DNA from: Candidatus Aenigmatarchaeota archaeon
GTDB taxonomy: Archaea > Aenigmatarchaeota > Aenigmatarchaeia > Aenigmatarchaeales > Aenigmatarchaeaceae
Assembly: GCA_046760145.1 (NCBI GenBank)
Contig: JBHIDO010000001.1
Span: 947 to 64,946, forward strand
Length of the DNA: 64,000 nucleotides
Reading direction: 5' to 3'
The notes beneath the pieces are model-generated. The model saw only the letters and a list, made by a program, of their open reading frames with translations. It was not told the origin of the DNA and ran no database searches. Below are positions 28,547 to 40,158 of this stretch, in pieces; within the stretch, counting starts at the first letter, position 1; the number at the start of each line of letters is the position of its first letter. A program made the position numbers and the translations under genes.

Positions 28547-29743
28547 CTAAATCAAACCAATTCCCATAAAAAATAAAATCGTAGGAATAATTAAACAACC
28601 CATTGAATAACTTCTTCTTACTCCAATTAAATTGGGAATTATTCCAATTGCTATTCCTGTAAAGGAAATTAATAATCCCATTATTCCAGAAAAGAAAACA
28701 ATTAGACCAAAAATAAAAATAGAAACATAAAAACATAATTTTGAATAATTAACTTTACTAAGTATTTTCAAAAACCTTTTTGATATATTTAATGTTAATA
28801 TAGATGCAATTCCTGCAGCAAATATGATTACTGATATAAAGATCAAAATTTCATTAAATCCAATATTTAATAATTTTGAAATACCAACCGCAATTCCTGA
28901 TCTTGGATTTCCTATTAACCATAGTGCTAACAAAGAATAAATTAAATCTGAAGAATCAACTGCTGATAATGAAATTAAAAAATCTTTACCTTCTTTTTTC
29001 TTTGAAACTTGCTGAGCTAGAATTGCTGATTGCGCAGCACCTAATCCAGGAAGTAAACCAGCTATAATTCCTGCTAAACTTCCTATTCCTATTGAAGAAA
29101 ATATTCTTTTGAATTTTACCTTTTCTTCTTCAAATGTAAAATTTTCTGGTAATTTAGTTTTTCGAAAAACAGATATTAATAACAAAGGTAAACCAAACAA
29201 ACCAGTTAATAATGGAAATATATAAGAATCTGAAAAATCAAGAACAGCTAAACCAAGTAATCCTGATAAGATAAAAACAGAAAATGCAAATAATTTATTT
29301 TTTCCTTTTTCTCTTAGGATCATATAACCCATAACAAATATTAGTAACCAATGAATATGTGGTCTTATTATTTCATATAATTCAGGAACAAATAATGCAA
29401 ATAATGGTAAAGTTAAAATTGCAAATAAAATTCCTCCTAAATTTCCGATAACAGTTAATTTGATTGCTTCAAAACCTTTCCCTTCTAATAATAATTTATG
29501 TCCAGGTAGAACTCCTAATGATGTTGTATCTTCTGGCGCACCTAGCAATATAGCAGGTATGTAAGCTAAAAAAGAGTCAACTACACCACAAGTTATTAAG
29601 ATTATAGCAGCTGTTAAAGGATCAAACAAAAATGAAATTCCAAGTATTATTGGTATTGTATTATTAGGATGTAAGCCAGGAAGTAATCCTGCACCTATAC
29701 CTAAAACAATTCCTAGCAAAAGAGCAAGAAAAAAATCTAACAT
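28547..29743 (-). CDS. TctA-like (tripartite tricarboxylate transporter) membrane protein
   Basis: GLLPGLHPN, IPAILLGAP...LPGH..L..G.G..A, PGLG and NPRSG. Confidence 0.85.
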   Translation of the reverse strand: MLDFFLALLLGIVLGIGAGLLPGLHPNNTIPIILGISFLFDPLTAAIILITCGVVDSFLAYIPAILLGAPEDTTSLGVLPGHKLLLEGKGFEAIKLTVIGNLGGILFAILTLPLFALFVPELYEIIRPHIHWLLIFVMGYMILREKGKNKLFAFSVFILSGLLGLAVLDFSDSYIFPLLTGLFGLPLLLISVFRKTKLPENFTFEEEKVKFKRIFSSIGIGSLAGIIAGLLPGLGAAQSAILAQQVSKKKEGKDFLISLSAVDSSDLIYSLLALWLIGNPRSGIAVGISKLLNIGFNEILIFISVIIFAAGIASILTLNISKRFLKILSKVNYSKLCFYVSIFIFGLIVFFSGIMGLLISFTGIAIGIIPNLIGVRRSYSMGCLIIPTILFFMGIGLI

Positions 29744-29791
29744 AATATGAAAACAATATTTTAAAAGAAATAATTAATTTACTACTTTCAG

Positions 29792-31477
29792 TTAAATTTC
29801 ATGTTCTTCTAGTATTTTTTCTGCAACTCTTCCGAATGCTGGTCTTGTTATTACAATACCAATTAAAATTCCTAAAACAGTTGTTATTGCAAACCCTCTC
29901 ATAACACCAATACCAACAAACATTAATGGTAACATTGCAGCAATAATTGTTCCAGCCGCACCAAATATTATGAAGAAAGCTCTTTTGATTCTTTGTTTTA
30001 AAGTATAAATTTTCTTTTCAGCACCACCACCAATTAATATTTCATCTATTATCATTATTTGATCGTTTGTTCCAGTTCCAATTGCAGCAATTATTCCAGC
30101 TATAGCAGCTAAATCAATTGTCCATTTTATTAATGATGCAGCCCCCAAAATTAGAATTAACTCTGATGCACTCCAAAGCATCATAGGAATTAATATTTTG
30201 ATTTTTCTATATCTGAAAAATATTACACCAGCAACAGCAATTTCAGCTATAATTGCAGCTATTATAGCTGCCTTAAAGAATTCTTGTCCTAGACTTGGAG
30301 AGATCTGATCAATTTTTATTATTTCTAAACTAACCGGTAAAGACCCTGATTGTAAAATACTTTGTAATGTTAATTTTTCTTGTAAAGCATCACTTCTAGT
30401 TGATCTAAAACCTGTTATCAAAGGAGTTGTGTATGCTTTTCCTTTTAGCTCAGCAGCAATACCTAAGCTAGAAACTTCTTTTTCATCCATATAAAGATAA
30501 ATTTTACTTTCTAAATATTTTTCACCGCTAGTTGGATTGGTTATAATTTTCATATTCTTTGTGATATCAGCAAATTTTTTGGCACTTTCTTCTGAAATAA
30601 ATACCTGAAACTGAAATTGCCAACCTTCCTGTAATTGTAAAATTCTAGATACACAAATTCCTGGTTGATCTTGCATACAAACCGATTTTATATCAGAACC
30701 AGTAAAAACAGTAAACATAAGAACAGCGGTTTGGTTTGTTAGATTAAAAACTTCAAATTCAATTCCATTAAGTTTAGAAGTATCATTTATAGACAATAAT
30801 TCATTATTAATTTTTACTTGATTATTCTGAAGTTCAACTGTATAGTTATTATCACCCAACATAAAACTGCTGATATTTTCTTTAAAATTAACAAAAATTG
30901 GTATTTTACCTTCAAATTTTCCTTGTTTTGCTAATAAATTTTCAATTTCTTCTTTTGTTCCACCAGCCATTTCAATTTGTGCATAATTATTTCCAGAAAC
31001 ATCTTTAACTTGTTGGAATTTGGCCTCTTTTAAACCATAAATATTAATTCTAGTTTCTAATGTAGCAATTATTTGTTGCATTACTATGTCGGAAACATTT
31101 TCTTTTGGTTTTAGTAATACTCTGGTTCCACCAACTAGGTCTAAACCAAAATTTAAATTAGTTCTAGGTTTTCCTTTTACAATTACTCCTAATCCAGGCT
31201 CCTGAATATTTACAATATCAAGTTTTCCATTATGAATAAATCTAAGATTTCCAGTAAAATCATCAAATATATAAAAATCTTCTGGTGTTGATATATCTTT
31301 TTCATTTATCCATGTTATAATTTCACCAACATTTACTATGTTAAAAAGAGGAGAATCAGACGAAATACTCGTAACAATTACACCTTTCTGAAATGATGGT
31401 GCAATTGCAAATAAAGATAATGCCACTAGAATTATTACTAATAATACTCTCCAATCTTTTAGTAAATTCAATATCAT
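29792..31477 (-). CDS. secD: Protein translocase subunit SecD
   Basis: GLDLVGG, LQSGSLP, SPSLG, IAGIIAAIGTG and RGFAITT. Confidence 0.93.
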   Translation of the reverse strand: MILNLLKDWRVLLVIILVALSLFAIAPSFQKGVIVTSISSDSPLFNIVNVGEIITWINEKDISTPEDFYIFDDFTGNLRFIHNGKLDIVNIQEPGLGVIVKGKPRTNLNFGLDLVGGTRVLLKPKENVSDIVMQQIIATLETRINIYGLKEAKFQQVKDVSGNNYAQIEMAGGTKEEIENLLAKQGKFEGKIPIFVNFKENISSFMLGDNNYTVELQNNQVKINNELLSINDTSKLNGIEFEVFNLTNQTAVLMFTVFTGSDIKSVCMQDQPGICVSRILQLQEGWQFQFQVFISEESAKKFADITKNMKIITNPTSGEKYLESKIYLYMDEKEVSSLGIAAELKGKAYTTPLITGFRSTRSDALQEKLTLQSILQSGSLPVSLEIIKIDQISPSLGQEFFKAAIIAAIIAEIAVAGVIFFRYRKIKILIPMMLWSASELILILGAASLIKWTIDLAAIAGIIAAIGTGTNDQIMIIDEILIGGGAEKKIYTLKQRIKRAFFIIFGAAGTIIAAMLPLMFVGIGVMRGFAITTVLGILIGIVITRPAFGRVAEKILEEHEI

Positions 31478-32295
31478 ATTTTCCTCTCCAGATACCATCT
31501 TAATAATCCAGCATTAGTTATCCATGTGTTAATTACATCAAATATTAATCCAATTAAAAGAACAGATGCAATTTGAGTAATTATGCTTGATGCTGATATT
31601 ATAAACAAAGCAAATAAAGCTGCTGCTGTTGCTCCTATCATTGTTAAACCGGTTTTCATTGTTCCTTTTATTCTATTTTTTAAATTACCTTCTCTAGTTT
31701 TCAAAATCCTTGTGGTTAACAAAATATCTGTGTCAACAGAGTAACCAATTAATAGCAATAATGCGGCAAATGTTGCTAAAGATAATTCTATTCCTAACAT
31801 TTGTGAAAATGCTAGTGTTTCAACAATATCTGCAAACCCAGCCAAAATAACATAAAAGCTTGGTAAAGCTTTTTTAAAAATTATAAAAACAGTTACAGCC
31901 ATAAAAAGAAAGGCAAACCCTAAAACAACCTGTGCTTGTTGAAAGAAGGCTGCTCCTAAACTGGGTGTTATTGTTTGAACAGAATAACTATCAAACACAT
32001 ATCCATTGTTTTTTAAAGTGTTAATTACATCATCTGAATTTATACTTGAATCAAATTCAATTAAAACAGAATATCCAGTAATACCTCTAGCAATCCTAAC
32101 ATCTGCATTATATTCTTTTAAAATATTTTCTAAAATATGTTCATTGGGAGGTGTTGAAGATTCAGCAGAAATTAATGTTCCACCTTTCAAATCTACATCA
32201 AGATTCAAACCAGTAGTAGATATTACCCAAAATAAATAAATTAAAGATAAAACTAATAATGCTACAGGTATTATCATCAAGGTCTTATAATTCAT
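31474..32295 (-). CDS. secF: Protein translocase subunit SecF
   Basis: DLKGG, PSLG and IGYSVDTDILLT; adjacent to secD. Confidence 0.93.
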   Translation of the reverse strand: MNYKTLMIIPVALLVLSLIYLFWVISTTGLNLDVDLKGGTLISAESSTPPNEHILENILKEYNADVRIARGITGYSVLIEFDSSINSDDVINTLKNNGYVFDSYSVQTITPSLGAAFFQQAQVVLGFAFLFMAVTVFIIFKKALPSFYVILAGFADIVETLAFSQMLGIELSLATFAALLLLIGYSVDTDILLTTRILKTREGNLKNRIKGTMKTGLTMIGATAAALFALFIISASSIITQIASVLLIGLIFDVINTWITNAGLLRWYLERKI

Positions 32296-32335
32296 ACCAA
32301 AAATGTTATATAATCAACTATTTATATGGTTATTG

Positions 32336-33286
32336 ATGAGAATAGGCATAATTGGATGTGGGATAAATGGTGCATATTTGGGTTGGAAGTTATCTAGAAA
32401 AAATGATGTTACAATTTTTGAGCAGAAAAGAAAAATAGGAAAAGAGGTATGTTCTGGTTTAGTTTCTGAAAGGTTGTGGAATTTTATACCTAAAAATAAA
32501 AAATTAATTAAAAACACAATTAATTCAGCTATTTTACACTATCCTAATAAAGACGTTAAATTGGATTTTTCACCCAAAATATTTGTTTTAGAACATAAAT
32601 TATTAGATAGATATGTTGTATCTTTAGCAAAGAAAAATAACATAAAGATATTTTTGAATAAGAAAGTAACAAAAGTAACTCAAAACAAAAAACCTATAAT
32701 ATATGCTAGAAAATCGTTTGAATTTGATTATGTTATTGGTTGTGATGGTGCATTATCAATAACAAGAAAATCCTTAGGGATTGAAGATCCTAAATATAGG
32801 CTAGGAATGCTAACATATGTTAACAAAAAGGATAAATCTGATTTTTTTGAAACTTGGCCAACCAAACATGGTTTTTTTTGGAGAATACCTAGAGGATCTA
32901 AAGTTGAGTATGGTATATTAGAAAGAACAGATAGAGCAAAGAGGATGTTTCAGAGTTTTCTCAAGAAAAAGAAAATAAAGACAAGGAAAATTTACTCACG
33001 TGTTATACCATTAGGATTAACTAAACTTTATAAAGGAAAAATAGCTTTGACTGGAGATGCTTGTGGCCTAACAAAACCATGGTCTGGTGGGGGCATAATT
33101 TGGGGTTTATTAGCAGATGATATTTTATTAAGAACATTTCCAAACTTTAGGAAGTATGAGAATGAAGTAAGAAGATTATTTGAAGCAAATATATTCTTTT
33201 CAAATTTAACAGCTAGTTTAGCTTTTAAAATATCTAAATTACCATTACCTAGAAAATATTTGTTTGATAGTGATTGGGTATTTTAA
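32336..33286 (+). CDS. Geranylgeranyl reductase-family FAD oxidoreductase
   Basis: GCGING, CSGLVS, GCDG and GDACG..KPWSGGGI. Confidence 0.8.
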   Translation: MRIGIIGCGINGAYLGWKLSRKNDVTIFEQKRKIGKEVCSGLVSERLWNFIPKNKKLIKNTINSAILHYPNKDVKLDFSPKIFVLEHKLLDRYVVSLAKKNNIKIFLNKKVTKVTQNKKPIIYARKSFEFDYVIGCDGALSITRKSLGIEDPKYRLGMLTYVNKKDKSDFFETWPTKHGFFWRIPRGSKVEYGILERTDRAKRMFQSFLKKKKIKTRKIYSRVIPLGLTKLYKGKIALTGDACGLTKPWSGGGIIWGLLADDILLRTFPNFRKYENEVRRLFEANIFFSNLTASLAFKISKLPLPRKYLFDSDWVF

Positions 33287-34242
33287 AATAATTTTTTCAA
33301 AATTTCTATTGTTTTTTCAACAGACTCTTTACTATTATATTTTGGTTTCCATCCTAGTTGCTTTATTTTATCTATAGAAAGTAGCATGTATTTTACATCA
33401 CCTTTCCAACCACGTCCTCCATCAACCCCTCCTGTAAATTTATATTCAATATTTTCTAATCCCAATCCCTTGACAACCAAGTCTGCTATTTCTTTAACAG
33501 TTATCCTATCTTCAGAACCAAGATTAAAGATTTCAACCCTATTTTTAGCATTTTTCTCACTAAAAATCATTCCATCAATGCAATCGTCTATATAAAGATA
33601 AGATTTAGACTGGGTTCCATCACCTAGAATCTCAAGTTCTTTAGGGTTTTGTTTTAATTTTTTAATAAAATCAAATATAACACCATGACCACTTCTTTCT
33701 CCAATAACATTTGCAAACCTTAATAAAACAGATTTCATATCAAACGTATAACAATAACTCGATATTAGGGCTTCTGCAGCTAATTTTGATGCTGCATAAA
33801 GTGAAATAGGAATAAGTGGCCCATAATCTTCTTTGGTTGGAATTTGAGTTGCATCACCATAAACTGCTGAAGTAGAAGTAAATATTATATTTTTTATTCC
33901 TTTTTTTCTCATTGCTTCTAAGAGATTATAGGTAGCAACTATATTCTGATCAAAATGAACTCTTGAATCTTCAGCCCCAATTTTAACATCTGGATTTGCT
34001 GCAAGATGATAAACCTTTTCAACATCATTTAAGCATTTTTCAATATCTTCTGGTTTTAACAAATCCCCCACAACAACCTCAAAATTTGGATTACCTTCAT
34101 TATGTTTTATATTTTTCATGTTTCCAGAACTCAGATTGTCTAGCACTATTACTTTTTCATTCATAGAAAGTAGTTTATCAACTAAATGAGAACCTATAAA
34201 TCCAGCTCCACCCGTAACTAATATCTTAGACATAATATTCAT
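33283..34242 (-). CDS. NAD-dependent sugar epimerase/dehydratase (GalE-like)
   Basis: TGGAGFIG, STSAVYG and YAASK. Confidence 0.93.
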   Translation of the reverse strand: MNIMSKILVTGGAGFIGSHLVDKLLSMNEKVIVLDNLSSGNMKNIKHNEGNPNFEVVVGDLLKPEDIEKCLNDVEKVYHLAANPDVKIGAEDSRVHFDQNIVATYNLLEAMRKKGIKNIIFTSTSAVYGDATQIPTKEDYGPLIPISLYAASKLAAEALISSYCYTFDMKSVLLRFANVIGERSGHGVIFDFIKKLKQNPKELEILGDGTQSKSYLYIDDCIDGMIFSEKNAKNRVEIFNLGSEDRITVKEIADLVVKGLGLENIEYKFTGGVDGGRGWKGDVKYMLLSIDKIKQLGWKPKYNSKESVEKTIEILKKLF

Positions 34243-34280
34243 ATATTAAGAGTAGTTATTTATCTTTATCGGGTGTTGAA

Positions 34281-35795
34281 ATGAAATTACAAAGAAAAAT
34301 TATTTCGAATGTTTTTTATTATTTTTTAGATATTGTTACTTTGTCAATTTTCGGTTATATTTTCTGGATATTAATGGGTAAGATGTTAGTACCAGAACAA
34401 TATGGAATTTTGTTAACAGTGGTTTCTTTATTTTATGTTTTTGTTTCAATTACTACTTTGGGTTTTCATGAAGCTTTGCCTAAGTTTATATCTGAATTGG
34501 TAAAGAAAAATAAATTATCACAAATTAGATCAATGATAACTTATTCGATAAAATTTGTAACTATTACATCATTACTATTATCTGTAGCAATTTTCTTTTT
34601 ATCAGAAAATACTTCTTTGATTTTATATGGTTCCGAGAAAATGATAATACCCCTTCAATTCCTTTCAATACTTTTATTTTCTGGTGTTTTGGCATATATT
34701 TCTAAGTCAATTTTACAAGGATTTCAAAATTTCAAAAAATTATTTCTAGCTGATTTAACAGGTAATATATTAAAAATAATAATAGCATTTGTTTTGGTTT
34801 TTATTGGCCTTGGAGTTATAGGTGGAATTATTTCATTGGTTGTATGGTTTATATCAGTTGTAATTGTTTCTATAATTGTGATAATAAAAATATTTAAATC
34901 TAAATTAAAAAAAATAAATTTTGATAAAAAGAAATTTTTCAAATTCAGTTTACTTAGTGTTGTATCATTATCGTCTTTGCTTTTGATACAACAAGGAGGA
35001 ATAATAATTCTAGGATTTTTATCAACTTTAGAATCTGTTGCATTTTTAGGAGTTGCATTTCTTGTTGGTCAAATAGTTATTTTAATTCCAATTGTTATAA
35101 TGGGATCACTATTTCCAACTTTTTCTAGTTTTTGGGTAAAAGAAAAGAATAAGTTCACAAAATTATTATCAATTTCAATTAAAGTAATTGTTTTGACAGT
35201 TTTACCACTTGTTATTTTATTTACAATGCTTTCTGATTGGATAGTTAAAATTTTATATACAACAGAATATTTACCAGCATCATTTTTGTTTCCAGGATTT
35301 CTTTTTGGAAGTTTCTTATTAGGAATAAATTTATTGATTTTAATAGCATTATATTCTGCAAATAAACCCAATTTAAGAGCTTTAACACTTTTTATTGGTA
35401 TGATTATAAACATTTCTTTATGCTTTATTTTAATACCAACATTTGGTGCACAGGGTGCTGTTTTTGCATTTTTAACATCCCAAATCTTTACATTAGTGTT
35501 TTCACTTTTGTTTATTAGTAAATTAATTCAATTAAAATTTTCAAGAAGAAGTGTTCTAATTATACCGGTAAACATAATATTCTTAATTTTATTATTTTTC
35601 ATAAAATTAACTGAAATATTAGTATTAAAGGTTTTGGTAATTTTATTTTCAATAATGATTTACATAATTTTGTTGTTTGCATTAAAAATAATAAACAGAA
35701 ATGATTTAGATATTTTAAATTATTTTCCTGATAAACTAGGTTTCGAGGCTTTTAAAAGGGTAGTTAAGAGGATGATAAATTTTTTTAAGAGATAA
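34281..35795 (+). CDS. Wzx/AglR-like oligosaccharide flippase
   Basis: About 14 TM segments with L.PEQYG and LIPTFGAQGA; first gene of the glycosylation cluster. Confidence 0.88.
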   Translation: MKLQRKIISNVFYYFLDIVTLSIFGYIFWILMGKMLVPEQYGILLTVVSLFYVFVSITTLGFHEALPKFISELVKKNKLSQIRSMITYSIKFVTITSLLLSVAIFFLSENTSLILYGSEKMIIPLQFLSILLFSGVLAYISKSILQGFQNFKKLFLADLTGNILKIIIAFVLVFIGLGVIGGIISLVVWFISVVIVSIIVIIKIFKSKLKKINFDKKKFFKFSLLSVVSLSSLLLIQQGGIIILGFLSTLESVAFLGVAFLVGQIVILIPIVIMGSLFPTFSSFWVKEKNKFTKLLSISIKVIVLTVLPLVILFTMLSDWIVKILYTTEYLPASFLFPGFLFGSFLLGINLLILIALYSANKPNLRALTLFIGMIINISLCFILIPTFGAQGAVFAFLTSQIFTLVFSLLFISKLIQLKFSRRSVLIIPVNIIFLILLFFIKLTEILVLKVLVILFSIMIYIILLFALKIINRNDLDILNYFPDKLGFEAFKRVVKRMINFFKR

Positions 35796-35886
35796 GCTTA
35801 AAAAACTTTGTAGTTAATACTTTTAAGTAGTAAAAGATAAAAATATATTTAAACATAAATAATATAACAGCGTTATAAGTGATATT

Positions 35887-37293
35887 ATGAGGGTTTTACT
35901 TGTACAGCCAAATTATAGAAGAACAAGAGAAACTGGTGCATGGTTGGTTAATCCACCAATTGGGCTAGGATATATAGCATCAGTTTTAGAAAAAAATAAT
36001 ATATCTGTTGAAATTATAGATGCAAACGCATTAAATTTAATTCCAGAAGATGTTGCTCTTTATGCAAAAAATTTTGATATTATAGGAGTTAGTATGTTAA
36101 CTCCTGCTCATAGATTTGGAGTTGCTCTAGCAAACCATGAATTATTAAAAAATAAACTTAAGGTTGTTGGGGGTCCACATGCTTCTGGATATCCTGAAGA
36201 ATTACTCGAAAGTGGATTTGATATAGTAGTTAGGGGAGAGGGAGAATATAGTTTTCTAGAAATAGTACAAGGCAAGAATTTGAAGGATATATTAGGTATT
36301 TCTTTTAAGGATAATGGCAAAATAATTCACAATAAAAACAGACCAGAATTAGATGTAGATAAACTACCATTCCCAGCAAGACATTTAATGATAAAAAATG
36401 GTGTTGATTTGCCTTATCTTTCGGCTGGTACACAATATAGACCATGGTCACCTATTTTTACGAGTAGAGGATGTCCATATGACTGTAATTTCTGCAATAA
36501 GAAAGTGTTTGGTTATAAGTTTAGGCCAAGAAGTCCTGAAAATGTTGTAAAGGAAATTGATTTTCTGGTTAAAAATTATGGTGTAAAAGAAATTGATATT
36601 TATGATGATACATTTAATCTTGATATTGAGAGGGCAGAAAAAATATTAGATCTAATAATTGAAAGAAATTATAAAATTTACATAAGGACAACAAACGGGC
36701 TCAGAGCTGATAAAGTGACAAGAAGATTTTTAGAAAAAATGAAAAAAGCGGGTTGTATATACATTGCATATGGAATAGAATCTGGAGATCAATCTGTTTT
36801 AGATAAAATACCTAAAGCAGAAACATTAGAAGATATCAGACGTGCTGTTAAATTAACAAAAGAAGTAGGTATTCCTGTATGTGGTTTTATTATGTTTGGT
36901 TTGTTTGGGGATACAAAGGAAACTATGCAAAAAACCATTGATTTTACAAAGGAACTTGATTTAGATTTTGTTGCAGTAAATCTTACAACACCATATCCCG
37001 GGACTAAATTATTTGATAGAATTAAAAAAGAAGGAAAATTTTTATTTGATTTTAATAAATGGGAAGATTTTCATCATACATCTGGTAGAATGTGTTTTAC
37101 ACACCCAGATGTTGCTTCTCCAAAAGAAGTTGAAGAAGCATATCAACGTGCATATAGAGAATTTTATTTTAGACCACGTTATTTAATTAGACAATTATTA
37201 AAAGTTAGAACTTGGGAGCAATTTAAAGGAATGATTCGTGGAGGTATAGCGATATGGAAAGGAGCATTCAAAAAACAAAAAGTAGATCTATGA
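35887..37293 (+). CDS. Cobalamin-dependent radical SAM protein 1
   Basis: PPIGLGYIA, GGPH, GEGE, SRGCPYDCNFC, GIESG and PYPGT. Confidence 0.93.
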   Translation: MRVLLVQPNYRRTRETGAWLVNPPIGLGYIASVLEKNNISVEIIDANALNLIPEDVALYAKNFDIIGVSMLTPAHRFGVALANHELLKNKLKVVGGPHASGYPEELLESGFDIVVRGEGEYSFLEIVQGKNLKDILGISFKDNGKIIHNKNRPELDVDKLPFPARHLMIKNGVDLPYLSAGTQYRPWSPIFTSRGCPYDCNFCNKKVFGYKFRPRSPENVVKEIDFLVKNYGVKEIDIYDDTFNLDIERAEKILDLIIERNYKIYIRTTNGLRADKVTRRFLEKMKKAGCIYIAYGIESGDQSVLDKIPKAETLEDIRRAVKLTKEVGIPVCGFIMFGLFGDTKETMQKTIDFTKELDLDFVAVNLTTPYPGTKLFDRIKKEGKFLFDFNKWEDFHHTSGRMCFTHPDVASPKEVEEAYQRAYREFYFRPRYLIRQLLKVRTWEQFKGMIRGGIAIWKGAFKKQKVDL

Positions 37294-38705
37294 GGGTTTT
37301 GTTATTAAATCCACCATGGATAAAGGGTTTTAATAGATTTAGTAGATGGAGCTCTAGATCTGTTTCAGAAACATTATCTGAGCCACTTTATTTAGCTTAT
37401 GCTACAGCTGTTCTTGAAAGAGATACAAATGCAGATGTAAAACTAATAGACGCATTTGCTCTTGGTTGGAAATTATCTGAATTAAAAAGAAATTTAAAAA
37501 AAATAAATCCTGATTTGGTTGTTATAGAATCAACCACACCCTCATTTGAAGATGATATGAAAACAGTTAAAATTATTAAGAATAATACTAATGCTAAAAT
37601 TATGTTAGTTGGAACGCATGGAAGTGTATTTCCCAAGGAAACCCTTAGAAATAATCCAATAGACATAGTTGCTATAGGAGAGTATGATTATACTGTTAGG
37701 GATGTTGTTAAGAATTTTAATAATTTAAGAAGGGTTAAAGGAATAGCATTTAAAAAAAATGGAAAAATCATAAAAACATCGCCACGTCCATTAATAGAAA
37801 ACTTAGATTCTTTACCATTCCCAGCAAGACACCATTTAGATATGAGCAAATATAGGGAATCTAACATTACTAAAAAAATATTTGCTAGGATGATAAGTTC
37901 TAGAGGATGTACTGGGAGATGTATTTTTTGTGTTTTCAATTTTGTGTATAACAATCTTAGATGGAGAGGAAGAAGTGCTAAAAATGTTGTTGATGAGATG
38001 GAACATTTGATAAATGAATATGGAATAGAATATATTTACATTGATGATGATACTTTTACAATTGATAAAAAGCGTGTTCATGACATATGTAAACTGATAA
38101 TTAAAAGGGGAATAAATAAAAAATTGTCATGGGGAAGTCTTTCAAGGATAGATACGGTTAATGAAAAAATGTTAAAAACAATGGTAGAAGCTGGTTGTGA
38201 TTTACTGGTTTATGGAGTAGAATCGGGAGATCAAAACGTACTGAATAATATGAAAAAAGGAATAACATTGGAGCAAATAAGAAGGGTATTTAAATGGACA
38301 AAAAAAGCTGGGATAAGAATTCATGCGACTTTTATGTTTGGCTCACCAGGTGAAACCAAAGAAACAATTAGAAAAACTATAGAATTTGCAAAAGAACTTA
38401 ATCCTGATACAGCCCAATTTCCAATTTGTATGCCATATCCTGGTACAGAATTTTATGAGATTGCAAAGAAAAATAATTGGTTAAAATTTAATAAGTGGTC
38501 AGATTTTTATAGTGCTACAGATAGAGCTGTTATTGAAACACCCCAATTATCAAGAAAGGATCTTGAGAAAGCTGTTAAAATGGCTTATAAAGAATTTTAT
38601 ATGAGACCAAGATTTATATTAAAGAAATTATTTTCTATCAATTCGTTTTCACAATTTAAAGAAACTATAAAAGGAGGATTTGCTTTGTTAAAATCTTTAA
38701 GGTGA
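37290..38705 (+). CDS. Cobalamin-dependent radical SAM protein 2
   Basis: PLYLAY, SRGCTGRCIFC, GVESG and PYPGT. Start at 37290 (ATGA overlap). Confidence 0.93.
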   Translation: MRVLLLNPPWIKGFNRFSRWSSRSVSETLSEPLYLAYATAVLERDTNADVKLIDAFALGWKLSELKRNLKKINPDLVVIESTTPSFEDDMKTVKIIKNNTNAKIMLVGTHGSVFPKETLRNNPIDIVAIGEYDYTVRDVVKNFNNLRRVKGIAFKKNGKIIKTSPRPLIENLDSLPFPARHHLDMSKYRESNITKKIFARMISSRGCTGRCIFCVFNFVYNNLRWRGRSAKNVVDEMEHLINEYGIEYIYIDDDTFTIDKKRVHDICKLIIKRGINKKLSWGSLSRIDTVNEKMLKTMVEAGCDLLVYGVESGDQNVLNNMKKGITLEQIRRVFKWTKKAGIRIHATFMFGSPGETKETIRKTIEFAKELNPDTAQFPICMPYPGTEFYEIAKKNNWLKFNKWSDFYSATDRAVIETPQLSRKDLEKAVKMAYKEFYMRPRFILKKLFSINSFSQFKETIKGGFALLKSLR

Positions 38706-38709
38706 TATA

Positions 38710-40158
38710 ATGAAAGTACAATTAATTAATCCTCCAAGATTTAATAAAACACCAGTAATTAGAGAAGTTAGATGTGCAGGTTTATCACCAGTTTCTGTTT
38801 TTCCTCCTTTAAACCTTGCTTATATAGCATCTTTTCTTAGAGAAAGGGGTATTGATATTTCTTTAATAGACGCTAATGCTCTGGATTTATCATGGAACGA
38901 TGTTGAAGATTCTATAAGAAAATTCAAACCAGATGTAATTATCTTTAAATCTTCACCTCCTACAATGATTTGGGATTGTAATACTGCTAAAATAGCTAAA
39001 AAAATTAATAAAAAAATTATTACAATTTTAGATGATTCTCATATAGCCCCTGTATTCCCAGAGAAAACACTTAAGAAATTTCCTTATATTGATCTTTTAA
39101 TAAGAGGTGAATCTGAGAAAACTTCTTTTCAATTGATAAAAACAATAAAAGGAAAAAGGAATTTCAATAAAGTTACTGGCATAAGTTTCAGAAAGGGAAA
39201 TAAAATTGTTAATACCAAACCTACACCACCTATTAAAAATTTAGATGACTTACCAATACCTGCTTTTGACCTTCTTCCAATCAATAAGTATTTTTCAATA
39301 ACATTTTCTAAAAGAAAACCATTTATGACTATAATAACTTCAAGAGGTTGCCCATTTAGATGCGATTTTTGTATTGTTGGAGGTTCTACTGTTTGGAGGG
39401 GTTCTGGAAATGGATGGTTTCAAAGAAGTGCAAAATCAATTTTAGATGAAATAGAACACTTAGTTAAGAATTATAAAATAAAAGATATCTATTTTTTTGA
39501 TGAAACCTTTACAGTCGATAAAAAAAGAGTTCTAGAAATTTGTAAAGGTATTAAAAAAAGAAATATAAAGATAAATTGGTCTTGTAATTCAAGAGTTGAC
39601 AGTGTGCAGGATGAAAAAATGTTAAAAACAATGGCAGAAGCAGGTTGTTGGAATTTATTATTTGGTGTTGAATCTGGCTCTCAAGAAATATTAGATTCTT
39701 GCAATAAAAGAATAAATATTTCGCAAATAAAAAAAACATTCGAGATTACAAAAAAATATGGTATATATGCTTCTAGTTCCTTTATGGTAGGTCTTCCAGG
39801 TGAGACCAAAGAAACAATTAGAAAAACTTTAAAACTTGCTTTAGAGTTAAATCCAGATTTTTCTCAATTTGTTATAACAACACCATATCCTGGTACAATA
39901 CTTTATGAAAAGGTAAAAAAAGAAGGACTTCTAGAAAGAGATTATAAATTCTCAAGTTATGATGCTTATTGTGTCCAAGATCATCCAGTTTTAAGAACAG
40001 AATTCATGAGTTCCGAAGAAATTGCCAGAGCACAAAAATGGCTTTATAAGAAATTTTATTTTAGATTATCATACATTTTACATAGATTATTTTCTATAAA
40101 AAATTTTAATGAATTGAAATATCACCTTAAAGCTATGAAATATGTTGCTGGTGTTTAA
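38710..40158 (+). CDS. Cobalamin-dependent radical SAM protein 3
   Basis: PPLNLAY, SRGCPFRCDFC, GVESG and PYPGT. Confidence 0.93.
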   Translation: MKVQLINPPRFNKTPVIREVRCAGLSPVSVFPPLNLAYIASFLRERGIDISLIDANALDLSWNDVEDSIRKFKPDVIIFKSSPPTMIWDCNTAKIAKKINKKIITILDDSHIAPVFPEKTLKKFPYIDLLIRGESEKTSFQLIKTIKGKRNFNKVTGISFRKGNKIVNTKPTPPIKNLDDLPIPAFDLLPINKYFSITFSKRKPFMTIITSRGCPFRCDFCIVGGSTVWRGSGNGWFQRSAKSILDEIEHLVKNYKIKDIYFFDETFTVDKKRVLEICKGIKKRNIKINWSCNSRVDSVQDEKMLKTMAEAGCWNLLFGVESGSQEILDSCNKRINISQIKKTFEITKKYGIYASSSFMVGLPGETKETIRKTLKLALELNPDFSQFVITTPYPGTILYEKVKKEGLLERDYKFSSYDAYCVQDHPVLRTEFMSSEEIARAQKWLYKKFYFRLSYILHRLFSIKNFNELKYHLKAMKYVAGV